Positions 37,972 through 50,744 of a DNA stretch of 64,000 nt are shown here, in pieces. A program made the position numbers and the translations under genes. The stretch lies in NCBI GenBank assembly GCA_963575745.1, contig CAUYUJ010000140.1, positions 1 to 64,000 of the forward strand, read 5' to 3'. The DNA is from Prorocentrum cordatum (Eukaryota). Position 1 is the first letter of the stretch, and each line of letters begins with the position of its first letter. The notes under the pieces were generated by a model, which was given only the letters and a program-made list of their open reading frames with translations, did no database searches and had not been told where the DNA came from.

Positions 37972-40900
37972 TTACACGAAATCCTCGTGCTCCGAATCCT
38001 CGCCAGGGAGCTTCTCCCGCTCCTGGGCGAAAAGCACGTGCGCACCAGGAAGGGTCTTCAACCGCTCCCTGGCGGCTTTCCGAGCAGCCCATGAACAATG
38101 GCACAAGCTCTTGTGCTCCCACGCAGACGCAAAATTGTTGTACTGCTGAAGCCAACACACAAGATACCCAAGAGGCCTGCCAGTTCCCTTTGATGTCCGC
38201 TTGGCGTGACGGCCAACGCGGTTCTTCCTACAACAATGGCTGGTGCGAAGGTCAATGGCCTTCCCCTTCCTAGGCTTACGCTCCTTCCCATCACGATGCA
38301 TCTCGTCATGGCAATACGCGTAGAACCCAGAAGTGTCGTAATGAGTGATCGTGCCAAGGCCAGGTATATCGAATGTGACAACACCATGCTCCCGAAGATC
38401 AGGCTCGTCAGCAACGGCGGGCGGAGGCGCTGGAAGATGAGGTGGCGGTTCATCTCCGCCGACTGCATCGCCGCCCCCGTCTCCCCCTCCTGGACCACCA
38501 TGGCTCTCGTCGCCGTCGCCTGGGCCACCGCTCTCGGACTGCGGCGGCGTCGGCCCAGCGAGGGAGGACAGCTCGTCGGCCTTGACATCGGCATCCCCAT
38601 GGCCAGGGTCCTCGATATCCATGGTGCTGCCCTCGCCGTCACTCTCCGCGTCGGCACCCGCCTGCGACCGCCACGAAGCCAGCATCTGCTTCGCGGTCAG
38701 CTTCTTGGCCTTCTGAGGGTTTCCACCACTCATGGGCAACCCCGCGAAACCACGAAGCAACGTCAAGATGCCGAGCGTGAATCGCGCCGACGAGCTCGGG
38801 GGAGTAGCAGACGCGGAAGAAGCACACGTCCCACGCCCAGTCGACGGGGAACTCACGCACGGCCTTCCAGTCGGTGAAGTTCCTCAGGGTAGAGGTGAGC
38901 CGCACGCGGTCCAAGGCGATCCGCCCAGGGTTGTCCTCCATGCGCCGCGAGACGTCATCGACCTCCTGTCCATCAGCGAGCCGCATCTCGTGGATGTAGA
39001 GCGTGAACGGCTTCAGCTTCACGTCGGCTAGAAAGAACCAGCGGGCAGCAGGCTGCAGCCCGTCTCCGCCCGCGCCCGCGTCGGCGCGCGGAGGGACTGG
39101 GACGGCCAACATGACGATCTCGCCGTTCATCAACGCGTCCTGCCCGTCGCTCTTGGGGAACTGGGAAGACACGATGCGGTGGAGCTTGCCCCGCATGGAT
39201 GCGTGCGCCTTCCCCTGCGGCCCGCACATGCACGCGTTGGCCGCGTGGCATAGTCGGGACGCAAGCGGCGGCGGGTTGGACGCCTTGTCGGCGACCTCAG
39301 GGACAGGTGCGTGCTGTATGGTGTTATGAACGGCAGCCCATATATCATCAAGATGCTGGCGAATGGCACGGGCATGGTGATGCCGACCTCCATGAGATAA
39401 CATTGACGTCGCAAGTCTCGTGAAGCTCTTGTTCTTGTACTCCACGTGCTGGAACCCATCCACGGAAGTCGGCGCGATCGACGCGTCCGGAGCGTTGGCT
39501 TTGGCGCCGTCGCCAATGCTGCCCATGACACGCTCCGCCGCGTCCCTCGAGACGTTCAGGTCGTACGCTTTCAGGCGGTCCAGCTCGTCTTTCTGCAAGG
39601 CCCTCTGCGTCAGCGCATCCTGCCTCCGATACCGACTCGCCGACACAAGGCTGCTCCAATCGGGCGCCGCGAAAACGCCGACTGCGAGGACGCCGTCGGC
39701 AGCGCCAACGCCGTGCCCAGCAAGCGGCTCGCGGACGGCAGCTCGCTGGCGCCGACGCCCCAACGGGTGCGCCGAGCGGTGCGCAGCAGCCAAGTTCGCA
39801 GCGGCAGCCCGCTCCGTCAGCTCACGGAGCGCCTCGGGTGACAAGTTCGCGTACTGCGTGCTCAGCCATGGGAAAGACGGCATCTCCTCGGGCGTCTTAT
39901 CGGCCTTCTGGTCGCTGCAGAACACGTTCCACTCTGACAGCTTGCGCTTCTTCTGAGCGCAAGGCCCGTCGCCCCCAGGACCTGCGTCGTCGTCATCTTC
40001 GCCAACTGCCGCGTCAGACGGCTTCTCGTTGAAAGCCTTCTGCCATATTCCAGCCGCCTGCTTCTGCATTCCCTTGGAGATCCATTCAGCGTTCATCCCA
40101 TGAAAATCAATGGGCCGACCCTGCGGCGACCAGCCCAACACGAAACGGCGAAGCACGGAATGGTTTCTCTCGATCGCAACCTGGTCGCGGCGGGCTTTCA
40201 ATGCAATCGACCTCAACTCCATGGCAGCGTCAACGGTGCCCAGGCCACCATGGTGGCTGGTAAAATGCCTTGAGAAAGAATCCATGCGCTTGGGGCACGT
40301 CATATCACCTGCGACCTCTGCCACTAGGGCGTCGTTGGAGAGAGTGCCAAACATCTTATATGGATAATTACTGAGCTCGTCAACAAGGTCATGAAAGCGG
40401 GAAGCGCTGCGCGCAAGCATCTGGAACGCAATAGTCTGATACACGTGGGTGCGGTCTCTGACTGGAAGGCCATCGAAACCACAGTCGTCCATGATGAGCG
40501 CGTGGCAAGCATCGATGGCACTACGCTCCTCCTTAGCAAGAAACGCAGCTTCCAATTGGGACGACCGACGCACGTGGGGATGAGGACCGCATGCCGAAGC
40601 TCGGTCCAACTCCATCCGTCTCTGCTTTCTCTCCCAATCCACCAAGCCCAATAGAGCGCAGGCGAGTGAGGCAAGCTACTCACACGTCCCTCCCCCACAC
40701 CATCGGCGAGGGGTCGCCGCCGCCCGCTCCCGCGCCTCCCACGCGCAGCCTGGGCGGCAGGGGCGGCCGTCGCGGATGGCCCAAGATGGCTCCCACGCGT
40801 AGCGCCGAAGACCTAGAGGACCCAAGAATGCCCACTCTACCCGAACACAGCCCAACGCGGCACCGCCCGCGCCCCAGGGATCTCCAGTGCAGATCCTCGG

Positions 40901-43900
40901 CGGCATCGCGCAAGCACGACTTGCGTGCAAAGGGCGCGCCGCGCAAGCCAACCCAATCAGAACGCACGAAGAGGATGCAAGCGAGTCCTTACATCCCCGC
41001 GTCGCTCGGCCCCCCAAGACGTCAATATGCCCCCAGGGTGGCTCGACGCAATCCCGAGACGCGCCCGCGCGAGCCCCAGAGACGCGCTAAGAACGCCAAT
41101 GAATGACCCAAGAGCCCCCGCCCCCAGAGACGCCGAAGACCCGATGCTGGGGTTCCATCCAGGCCGCCCCACGCCGAATGAAAACGTTGGTTTGGCCGAT
41201 CAACGGCAACGTGCCCCCGAGAGGACACCGACGGCCGCTGCGGCGGTGCCGAGAGAACCCCAGGACGCGCGCGCGAGGGCACCCCTATGGACGCCCACAA
41301 GGCCAAGATCAGCACCCACGACGCACCGAATGGCAGCTAACAACAAGCAAAGCACACGCGCGCCCCAAGACACACGCGAACCACCCGCCGACAACACAAC
41401 CAAACGTAGGCAGGCGCCAATAAACCGCACGCACAACAGCCCTCGCCGTCGCGCCGCGGGCTGAAACCCGACAAGGCCAACGCAACGGCGGGGCGCGCCA
41501 AAACCAATGCGACCACACCGCGGTCGCGCTCAGTTGACAGTCAGCTTGCGCGTTGGCCAGAGCCAGAACGATCGTGCTTGACCCTGTGTTTTTTTTGTAC
41601 AGGCTGTGGTTGTGTCGCGCGCGTGGTCGCTCTGCTGCGCTGTTGACGAACAAAAACTCGCCCCACCTCGTTCCCCCCCACCCCCCCCACCCACCTCCGC
41701 AAGCATCTACGCCCGCCCCCTTACCCTCCTCACCTCCACCTACTCCTCCCCATCCGTTCCTCCTCGACCGCGCTCCCTGGGGCACGGCGACCCCGAGCGT
41801 TTTGTTTCAGCGCGCGTCGCCCGTTGTCCTCTGATTAGGAAAACCCGTTCGGCCGCCGCCGCTGGGAGTTTGGGCTGGCGGGGAAGCGCGAAGCGTCACG
41901 ACTTTACACTAGTTAACCCGATAAAACTGCACATGAAATCTGCGTGTATGAAAGCAACTCGGCACATGATGACGCAATCCTGCAGCGCGAGGCCAGTGTC
42001 GCACCATTCCAAGACAGATTGACGATATTTACTCGGTTCTGTTCGTCTGGCCTCCCAGACGCCTTGCCCGTCGGCCTCCCCTGAGGGAGGGCGCGGCAAC
42101 TAAGCGTTCGCGTCGGCATCAAGCACGCAGCACGCCCCCCTGGCCGCAAGGGCAACGCGCGCAACAAGGCGCGCGCCGTGAGCGCCTTCACGGCGTCCGT
42201 CCACTTGCGGCCAGGCGGGCATGGGGCATGCGTGATGCGCGGAGCAAGCGCGCAGTGAGCCAACCCCCATCGCACCTGCAAAAGCAACGCCGGCGCCGCC
42301 TGCTGGAGCGCCATCGCCGACGTCATCGCCGCCATGGGGCGCCGCGCCAGGGGCTCCGCCGCCGCCCGCGCCGACGTCGTCAGCGATGGCGGGCGCAGGG
42401 CCACCCCCGTCAGCGAGGGCGGGAATTGCAGCGGGTGGCCCCGCAGCGGGGACATGCCCAGCAGGCCCGCCGTCGTCTTTGAGCCACTTACAGAAGCGTC
42501 GGTAGATGGGGTCAAAGAGGCCATGCACGACCGCTAGGACACCGATCCACGAGGGCCCCTTCTCCCAGCAGGTCCAGCCTCTCCCAGGATAACTGTAAAG
42601 CTCGCGATTGACTACGGCATCAACGAACCTGAACACAAAACGAGATTGGACCACACAACAGGCGACGGCAAATTGCCAACGAACCCGCACCTGGCCAAGC
42701 CGAGCACCCCCTGAGATTGGCATGGGCGCCCATCCACCCCCCCCATACCCGCTCCCAGGCCGCCAGAGTCCCTCCCCGACCGCCCGCCGCCCGAAACCAG
42801 TCGAACCCCGCATGCTTAAGCAAGAGGGGTGTCATACCAATCTCGGGGTCTGTCTCGGCCAGACGCGGTGCGGCGTCGTTGACATGTTGGCGTCGCCTAC
42901 CTCGTCGGGCGTCCCTGCTGGGACATGCGTCTCCACGACGTCCTCATCGTCCCAATCGCCGCCGCACATGGCCAGCAACAGGGCTCGCAATGACAAGTTC
43001 TCCTTTGTTCTCGGGAGCACCATGTCAAGCTTCCTCTCGTTAACACGTCGCATCTCGGCGGACGGCATGCCACGTATGATTTTCATGCGTTCCAGGGTGA
43101 CATATCGGGCCGCAGCTCGAAACACCTTTCTGTGATTCCCAAATCTCAACGACAACACTGCATGCACCATATAACTGTGAGCAAGCCTCAGAAGAACTGC
43201 CGAGCGTTCCCGCACAGTCGCGCCCTTGTGGGCAAAACACCGGAGGCGCAACGACGGCGCGCCGAGCACATGCTCAAGCGCGCGCTCTGCGCGCGCAATG
43301 GCAGCATCACCGTCAGTGCAGCTCACGCGGTATACCCTCTTGCACAGAGCAGCAATAGCGTCCCACCCCACAAATTGCATGACGAATCGGCAAGCGATAA
43401 AATAACACTCGGCCGTGCACCTCCCAACATTTAAAATCGGCACGGGCACGTCGAACGTAAACACAGTGTACGTGCCATTTAAATGAACCAGCAACGACAT
43501 CGAACATTCCACCTGCAACAGCTTAGTCGGGGCCTTATCTCTAGCAGCGCCTACGCGCCAGAACGGATCATCAGCAGCCAGCGCGCTGGCAAGATGCTCG
43601 AAACCTGGAGGCAGAATGGAGTCACTAGCATTCTCTGGAACAATCACCGACATTGGGGTCTCATCATACCGAGTGGTGAAGATCGCGCACACGACGCGCC
43701 CCAACTGTCTCATCACATCTACAATGACGGTTGTGATCAAAAGCTTCACCATGAAAATGTGCAACACTAGCGAGCAAATCGAGAACAAACACTTCATGCC
43801 CCGCAGGGTTCGGCGGTCAACGCCGTGCTCCTCTCCCTGGGTCTTGAAACTCCCCTTGGTGCAAACCTCTGTGGACGAGACGAGGCCTACGATACGAGCT

Positions 43901-45000
43901 GATTCAGCATCATCAAGGGGCAATTGTTGGTTGGCGGCGGCCATGCACACGATTGCGCTCACGGCCTGGCCAACCGACTCCACGTGCTGGGGGGGACCTC
44001 GGGCCGCGCCAGCGGCAGCGTCGTGACCTCAGGAGGGCGCGGGATCGAGGACCCCCCCGCCTGCCTAGTCCGCCAACCCGCTAAGAGGTGCGACCGACCC
44101 ACAAGCATGCAGCACCGCCCCAAGGCGCCCAAGATGGCCCCGCGACCCCGCACAAAAAGTCCCCAATAATGCTTCCGATGGGCCCAGTCGCATCCCTTGG
44201 CCAATAGCTCCACGACAGGTCCCCCAAGAGACCTCACGACACCGCGCACTGCCCGTTCTGGCGCCCACGCGCCCGCTTTGGCCTAACTAACTACCGCGCG
44301 GATCCCATGTGCAATGTCGCGGTCGGCGCCGATATTTCTATTGGCGCGTGCTCCCACGCCTCATCGAATATATCGTTTCTGGATTGGTCGGCGGAGACGC
44401 GCACAGCGCCAGAACCTAAACGGCCACGGGGGCAAGTGCTGAAGGCAAGAGCGGCGCATCCAAGAGGTCGCCCTAGGTGGCTCCAAGTCGGCCGACGATG
44501 GCCAAACTATATTCCGAGGCGACGCCCAAACAAGACGACGGCCAATAGTGCCCAAGACGGCTCCCAAACGACCCAAAACTGAGTTGCCCCAAAATTGCAC
44601 CCGCCCCTCAATTCTAGGTTGCCCTAAGACCTGCCAGCAGACCGCGGACGAGGGCCGCGGCCCCCTTCCGCCACGCGCCTGCCGAGCGGAACTGGCGGTC
44701 CAGCCCCTCGGGCAAGGCCGCCGCCAGCAGCGCCGCCTCCGCGGTGCCGTCGCCGACGGCCGCGGCGGCCTCGACTGCCTGCTCCGCGCCTCCGTCGGCT
44801 GCGCCAGCGGCGGCCGCCGCCGCGCCGCCGCCTGCGCGCCACGCCGCGAGGCCGCCGGCGCCGGCCTCCTCGACGGCCGCGTCCGCGGCCGCGCCGCCGC
44901 CTGCGCGCCACGCCGCGAGACAGCCCGCGGCGTCGGCCTCCTCGACGGCCGCGTCCGCCGCATCACCCCCGCTGTCAGCGGCGAGCCACGCAGCGAGCAT
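37972..45000 (-). pseudogene. hAT-like DDE transposase of the giant element, with HMG-box-like region and Cys/His-rich C-terminal domain; multi-exon, probably inactivated
   Basis: ATG at 45000. Motifs: YDETP (Asp 43663-43665), CTDGD (Asp 43312-43314), RCFAH (43228-43239), PGRGWT (~42575), AIERNHS (Glu 40169-40171), KRKLSEWNVF..YANLSPE (~39810-39955). A phase-compatible GT-AG intron lies at 42275-42081. Lesions: insertion 40641-41905 and frameshifts near 38700 and 43990. Confidence 0.78.
40641..41905 (+). mobile_element. Family B-related Helitron2-like element inserted in a transposase exon
   Basis: Starts ACCAAGCCC and ends GGGCTGGCGGGGAAG-CGCGAAGCG-TCACGACTTT. Removal gives in-frame ..FIGLTSVDWERKQRR.. 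Confidence 0.65.
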
Positions 45001-45035
45001 GATGAAGCAAGGTGGATAGCCACAGCCACAACACA

Positions 45036-45054
45036 TTTGAGCCAAAAAATACGG
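45036..45054 (-). other. Relic dinoflagellate spliced leader upstream of the transposase ATG
   Basis: CCGTATTTTTTGGCTCAAA versus DinoSL CCGTAGCCATTTTGGCTCAAG. Confidence 0.6.
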
Positions 45055-45295
45055 AGGAGGAAGAGGACGGGGGGAAACCAATAATGATCAGGAGGGGGGA
45101 CATTGTTGATACAAGAGAATTGCTCTTGGGAGCGCATCGGCTACAATGCGAACGCAATTCAGATGGGCTGTGATCGTGAACCAGATAAAATTGAAATATA
45201 AACCATAGACAAGGTACATCATCACACACGAGTGAGGGACAATGCGATCAGACAAAAAAAGACAAATCTTACATTCTTACAAACCAAGGCGCAAA

Positions 45296-45314
45296 GGGGC
45301 CCGTGACATCTGAA
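45296..45314 (-). repeat. Right TIR of the giant element (followed by TSD 45315-45322)
   Basis: GGGGCCCGTGACATCTGAA then TCCTACAG. Confidence 0.9.
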
Positions 45315-46859
45315 TCCTACAGTCCTCCCCCTCCGCTGCTGATCGCCCCGCGCCCCCTACCCCCCCGCCACCTCTCCTCGCCCCGCGCCCATTTCGACGC
45401 ACCCCTCGAGCGGATCGTCGGGGCATTGGCGCGGCATTGGGGCGGCGGGGCGGCGGACAGCCGAAGCGAATACTACCCTAGGACCCCAAGCGGCCAAGAC
45501 CCCAAGACCCTAAGATGCCAAGATGATGCACTACGCCCGCGTGCCCGGGGACCGAGGCGGATTTGAACGGCGTGAATCCGTCTCCGCGCACGCGGCGGCG
45601 GGTGCCCAGTTCTGTGACCCAGCGACGCCCAGGTGCAAGGCAAGGATGCAGGGGTGCCCGAACGCCCCACCGCCTATGTAGCACGTCGGAATCGCGCGGC
45701 AGCGCCACTGGATTCGGTTTAGGTTTTTCTCCGCCAGGCGCCCTCGCTATCCGGGCTATCCGCGCACGCCGCAAGGTTGATACTCGGGGCGTGCGCCAGC
45801 CCAACGTGTATCACGGCGGCTGTGTAAGCGATGCTGCATGCTGCATGCTGCTGCATGCGCGGCCGGATGGGCCATCGATGGAAAATATCTTGGCGGCTGT
45901 CGTAAGGCGTTGCTGGACGTGCCGATTGTCAATGCGTGGCCGGATGGGACATCGATGTAACGATGTAAAAGATCTGCAGCCTGCTCGTGCGAACCACGCG
46001 ACCGGCCTCTGGTCCCAGTAGCGCGCCCACACGTGGCTCTGCGGGTACTTGCGAGCGTCCTCCGCGAACTGCAGGACCCTGAACCAGCGCCCATCGAGCC
46101 ATGGGCCCCTGCGACCGCGGCGCCACCAACCAGACCACCAGGGGGGCACGTGCATACGACGACGCCCGCGACGCCGGCGACGACGACCAGAGTGCTAGGG
46201 CCATCCTATGGGCCTGGGGGCCCCTTGCCCCGCTAGGGGCTCCAGGGTTTTCCGCGCCAGTTCCCCTTGCGTCTCCTCCGAGCGGGCCCCAACCCAAGAT
46301 GGCTCCAAGAGGAACCCGTACCCCCGACTCCATCTCTGCGCCCCCTTGGGCCAATTGGGCCTTGGGCCTTGGGGGCCCTCCCACGAGCCCCCCCCCAGCT
46401 CGCCGCCCTGGTCGTCGCCGGCATCGCATCTGTATGCACGTCGTCGTCGTCCTCGTCGTCCTCGCCATCGAATGCCGTGCCCCCCTGGCGGCGGCGGTGC
46501 CACTTCGACCCCCTCCAACCTCCGCGGCGGCGTCGCCGGCCTCCTCGCCGCAACGGCTGGCGGCGCCGCTGCGGCTGCGGCCGCGGCTTTCGGGCTCCGA
46601 CTGCGGCTGCGGGTGACCTCCGACAATTGATCCGGGCTGTTCGGGGGTTGCCAAGTGTCCCTGGCCCCAGGGTGTCTCCGGCTTGCCGCGCCGTTTTGGA
46701 CCCCCGGGGGCCCTCTGGGGCTCGCAAGGGCAAGGGATGCTCTGGAGGCCGCGGGGGCCCCCCTGGAAATCCTGGGGACACCTTGGGCCAGGGGCACCTT
46801 GGCAACCCCCGGGGGGCTGTTCATGTCGACGGGCGACCCTGGAGCGGCGCTGTCGACCG

Positions 46860-47241
46860 CGGGCCGGGGCGGAGCGGCCAGCGCCAGCAGCGCCCGCGCC
46901 TGCTCCGGGGGGACCGAGCATTTGACGAGGTCAAGCTCGATGAGGTAGCAGATGTGGGAGGAGGAAAACTGTGCAGATCCAGCTCTCTTGGCCATCCATC
47001 CTCCTCCCCCCTCCTTCCTCGATTTTCTCGAGGATGAGCGGGGAGGAGGAGGAGGAGGGCCAAGAGAGCTGGATCTGTACAGTTTCCCTCCTCCCAAGAT
47101 GTCCTCGTTCTTCGCGACGCCGAGCTCGGCGAGGACAGCCGCGTAGCCAACCAAGCCCTCCACCCGCATCTGCTCTAGCAGAGCTGGCGCCATGCCGAGG
47201 TCGGTCTCCAGCATCGCCGAACCGGGCGCGGGGAACTCCAT
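46860..47241 (-). CDS. N-terminal SAM-like domain exon interrupted in frame by a MITE
   Basis: Without the MITE it reads LEQMRVEGLVGYAAVLAELGVAKNEDICYLIELDLVKCSVPPEQARALLALA, which fits a sterile-alpha-motif pattern. Tandem SL relics lie upstream. Confidence 0.55.
46955..47096. mobile_element. 142-bp MITE
   Basis: 39-bp TIRs (46955-46993 and 47058-47096, 2 mismatches) and 5-bp TSD AGATG (46950-46954 and 47097-47101). Confidence 0.88.
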
Positions 47242-47308
47242 CCTCAGGGCCAAGCTCGGCCCAACGGCCAAACCAAAATGGCTTGGGCCTTGAATGGCTC
47301 GGGCCAGG
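47242..47308 (-). other. Tandem relic spliced leaders
   Basis: ..GAG CCATTCAAGGCCCAAG CCATTTTGGTTTGG CCGTTGGGCCGAG.. shortly before the ATG at 47241. Confidence 0.55.
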
Positions 47309-49196
47309 GGCGCAGCGGAGGTTTCGCCACGCGGCTGCACGGGCTCGGGAAACCGCCCGGCCCCTGAAGACCGGGAGAGGACCGCGGGTCGGCGTGCCAA
47401 CCAGCTACCCTCAGGCCCAACGGGGCCCAGGAAGGCAAACCCAGCTTTCCAAGTCGAGACCAGCCGTGGCGACGCTGACGCAACCAGCCGAACACGCCAA
47501 ACCTCACAGTCCCAGCGCCCGCACAGACAGTGCCTGGTGTGGCGCGCGTGCGCGCGCGTGTACAAGGGCGCAAGGGTGCCGCGTGTACAAGGGCGCAAGG
47601 GTGCCGAACTCTTGAGGCATTGCCCAGTGTGGTGTGCGTGAGTGCGCGTGCAAGGACGCAAGGGTGCTGCGCGCGCGTGTGAGTGTGTGTGTGTGTGCGC
47701 GCGTTGTGTATGCATGCTGCATTGCTTGATGGCGCTGGTCGTTCGCCTGCTTTCTCAGCGCCACTTCAAATCACGCTGGCAATTAATGCGTTCACACTCG
47801 CGCGCGCGTGCGCCCCTGGGAGCTCTCTTAGACTCCTCGTCGTCGTCCGTCGTCGTTCGTCGTCGTCGTTCAACCTTGAACGCCCGCGGCGGGGCAGTCA
47901 GCCCTGGGACCTGGGCTCGGTTTTCCATCGAAGCGTTCCTCGTCGTCGTGCGTCGTCGTCGTCGTCGTCGTCGCCGTCGGGGGCCACTGTCGTCGTTCGT
48001 CGTCGTTCGTCGTATCGCGATAGATAGAGCGACGCAGATCGATAGAGCGACGGAGCGATCCAGAGGTAGAGCGATAGAGGGATAGAGAGGACGGGAGGCA
48101 GAGGATGAATAAATGCCCAGACGAAGAGGAGGAATAGGGAGGATATCCAGGATAAGAATAGGGAGGAGGAGAAGGGGGAGGGGGGAGAAACGGACGAGGA
48201 GGAGGATCGGGCGCGGCCAAACCGACCCCTAGGAAACCATCCCCTTCCGTGACATCCCCCTCGCCCTCCAGGCGCCCCTCCGGCCGCATGCCTACGTCGC
48301 GGAGCGGCGCGAGGGGGGCGCCACGGAAGGGGATGGTTTCCTAGGGGTCGGTTTGGCCGCCCCTGGGGAGGAGGGGAAGGGATGGGGCGTTTCCGAAACA
48401 AGGCCACAAGGGGAAGTGGCAGTCGACGCCCGTCCGGGAGAACAGTCGTCGGCGGGAATCAGAGGCCCGGCTACATCTTGCGAAGGCCCCGAAGGCGCTT
48501 GCGCTCCCGCAGCGCGTCCTCGTAGAACCACGGCCTCTTGTCGCCGATCGGCGGCGGGCGCGGGGGGGGCATATGAGAAAGGGCGGGCCTTCCGAGGCTT
48601 CTGAGAAGTCCGCCGGCCTTCTGAGAAGCTGAGAAGTTTCCCCTGTCTTCGAAACCGACCAAGGAAACCTCTCAGAAGCCCCCCGGGCTTCTGAGAAGTC
48701 CCGCGGCCTTCTGAGACAGCCTTCTCCTTCTCACCCCCCCCCCTCGCTCGCCGCCGAGCCGAGCCGGGCCTCCCCCCCCTCCTGCTCCACCCTGTCCTTC
48801 TCGTGCTCGTAAGCATCGTCGCAGAACATCGCCCAGGCCTCGCTCCACGCCCTCGACGCCTCGTCCTGCTTCTTCTTCGCCTCCGCCTTCGCCGCCGGCG
48901 TCGCCCTCTCGCACTCCCCCCTCCTCCGCTGCGCTTCGGCCGGCGAGCGCGGCGGGGCGATATGGAGACTCATGGCCGCCAACGACCAACGACAAACGTG
49001 GCCATGCACGACGTCCCGACCAGTTTATTCGCGCTGCGTCCAGCCCTGGCGACGAGGAGGGGCCCTCGGGGGCCAGAAACTCTGGAACCTCGATCCTCGA
49101 GGTTCGAGGTTCGAAGATCGACGTGAATGGCGACGGCGACGACGACCGCGACGACGACGACGACGTCAACGACGAAGACGACGACGACGACGACGA

Positions 49197-49259
49197 CGGC
49201 AGTGCGCGCTGACTTTTGGATCGGCCCAGAGCCGATCCAAAAGTCAGCACGCACTGCCG
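49197..49259. repeat. 29-bp-stem hairpin
   Basis: CGGCAGTGCGCGCTGACTTTTGGATCGGC-ccaga-GCCGATCCAAAAGTCAGCACGCACTGCCG, 1 mismatch. Confidence 0.85.
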
Positions 49260-50204
49260 ATCGTGCATGGCCACGCGTGTCGTTCCTCGAATCGGCGCGG
49301 GCGCGGGCGAGGGCGCCGACGTGTACTGGCACCCCGTCTGCTCGAGGCAGCTCAGGGAGACTGCCCAGTGCTGAGCCAAGACCGGCCATGGCCACGGCGA
49401 TGCTGTCCGACCCCTCCGCCCCCCTTCCGACGTGACGCCAGACCCTTGGACGCTGAGGGTGCAAGACCCTTGAACCTTGGGCGGTCGCGGGTGGGTCGCC
49501 GGTGGGTCGCGGGTGGACGCAGGGTAAGGGTGCGTAACTCATCCCCCCTCCACTGCACCTCCTCCACCTCCTCGTCCTCCTTCCCGGGGATCTCCCCCGG
49601 AATCCTCCCGCGCGCTCCTGATCATCACCTGCGTGCGTGCGCGAGCGTGCTCGTGCTTGCGCCCGCGCGGTGGCGGACGAGGAGGTACTAGCAAGGATGC
49701 ATGCAATGGCGCGAGGATGCAAAGCCCCTCGGGCTCAGGATGCAAGACCCGTGGACGCCGAGGATGCGAGACCCTTGGACGGGCGACGCTATGGATGCAA
49801 GACCCGGGGACGCTCGTCGTCGTCCGTCGTCTGGGGTGGACGGCCCGGGCGCCGGCGACCGTGCCCGAGACACGGTCGCCCCCCCCGATCCACCAGACCC
49901 CTCCAGCCAGCCGCGCCCTGAGGGCACGGCCAGCGATGGGGGTCTGGCGGGAGCGGGGGAGCGCGCGGGCCTTCCACCCCCTCGGACAAGGATGGGGGAT
50001 GAAGAGGAGGACCGGCGGTGGACAGACCTCCCTTTAACAAACCTCTCTTTAGCGAAAACGACCTGGGACCGAACCCGACGGGCCTGGACCCGCAAAAATG
50101 ACGGCCGCGACGCCCTCTCGAGAACCGAAAACGGCCGATTCGCTAATCGACGCGTCAGGGTAGGAGGTCTATCAACCCCCGAGAGGAGGCGAGGCACCGA
50201 GCTT

Positions 50205-50470
50205 CCAGGAACGAATCGCTCACCATGAACGTTTTGCAAGTGCGGCTTCATCAAATCAAATCGCTCACCATGAACGCTCACTGACTCACTGCAAGTGCGG
50301 CTTCATCAGATCGAATCGCTCACCATGAACGCGCACTGATCAGCGGCTTCATCAGAACGAATCGCTCACCATGAACGTTTTGCAAGTGCGGCTTCATCAG
50401 ATCGAATCGCCATCGCTCACCATGAACGCTGCGAGCGGGGATCGCCAGGCGGCTTCATCAAATCGAACCG
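50205..50470 (+). repeat. Degenerate ~45-bp tandem repeat (GAATCGCTCACCATGAACG..GCGGCTTCATCA)
   Basis: About 5 copies visible. Confidence 0.8.
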
Positions 50471-50744
50471 CTCAGTCCGACGCCGCGCGGATGTCCCGGA
50501 TGCGAGTAACCTGGGGAGGGCGAGGGGGAGGAGTAGGAGATGGGGGGAGGGGATGGGGATGGGAGACGAGAAGAAGGGAGGAGGAGGGAGGAGAGGAGGA
50601 GGACGAGGAGGAGGAGGAGGAGGGAGAGAAGGACGGGGAGAAGGACGGGGAGAAGGACGGGGAGCTGTCCAGGGGAAGAGAGGGAGAAGAGGAGGAGAAG
50701 GAGGAGGAGGAAGGAAACACGGAGAGCAGGAGGAAAGAGGGCAC

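Noticed and set aside
48590..48720. CTTCTGAGAAG repeats as heat-shock elements
   Set aside because: TTC-GAA spacing is 3 nt rather than 2; treated as a local repeat.
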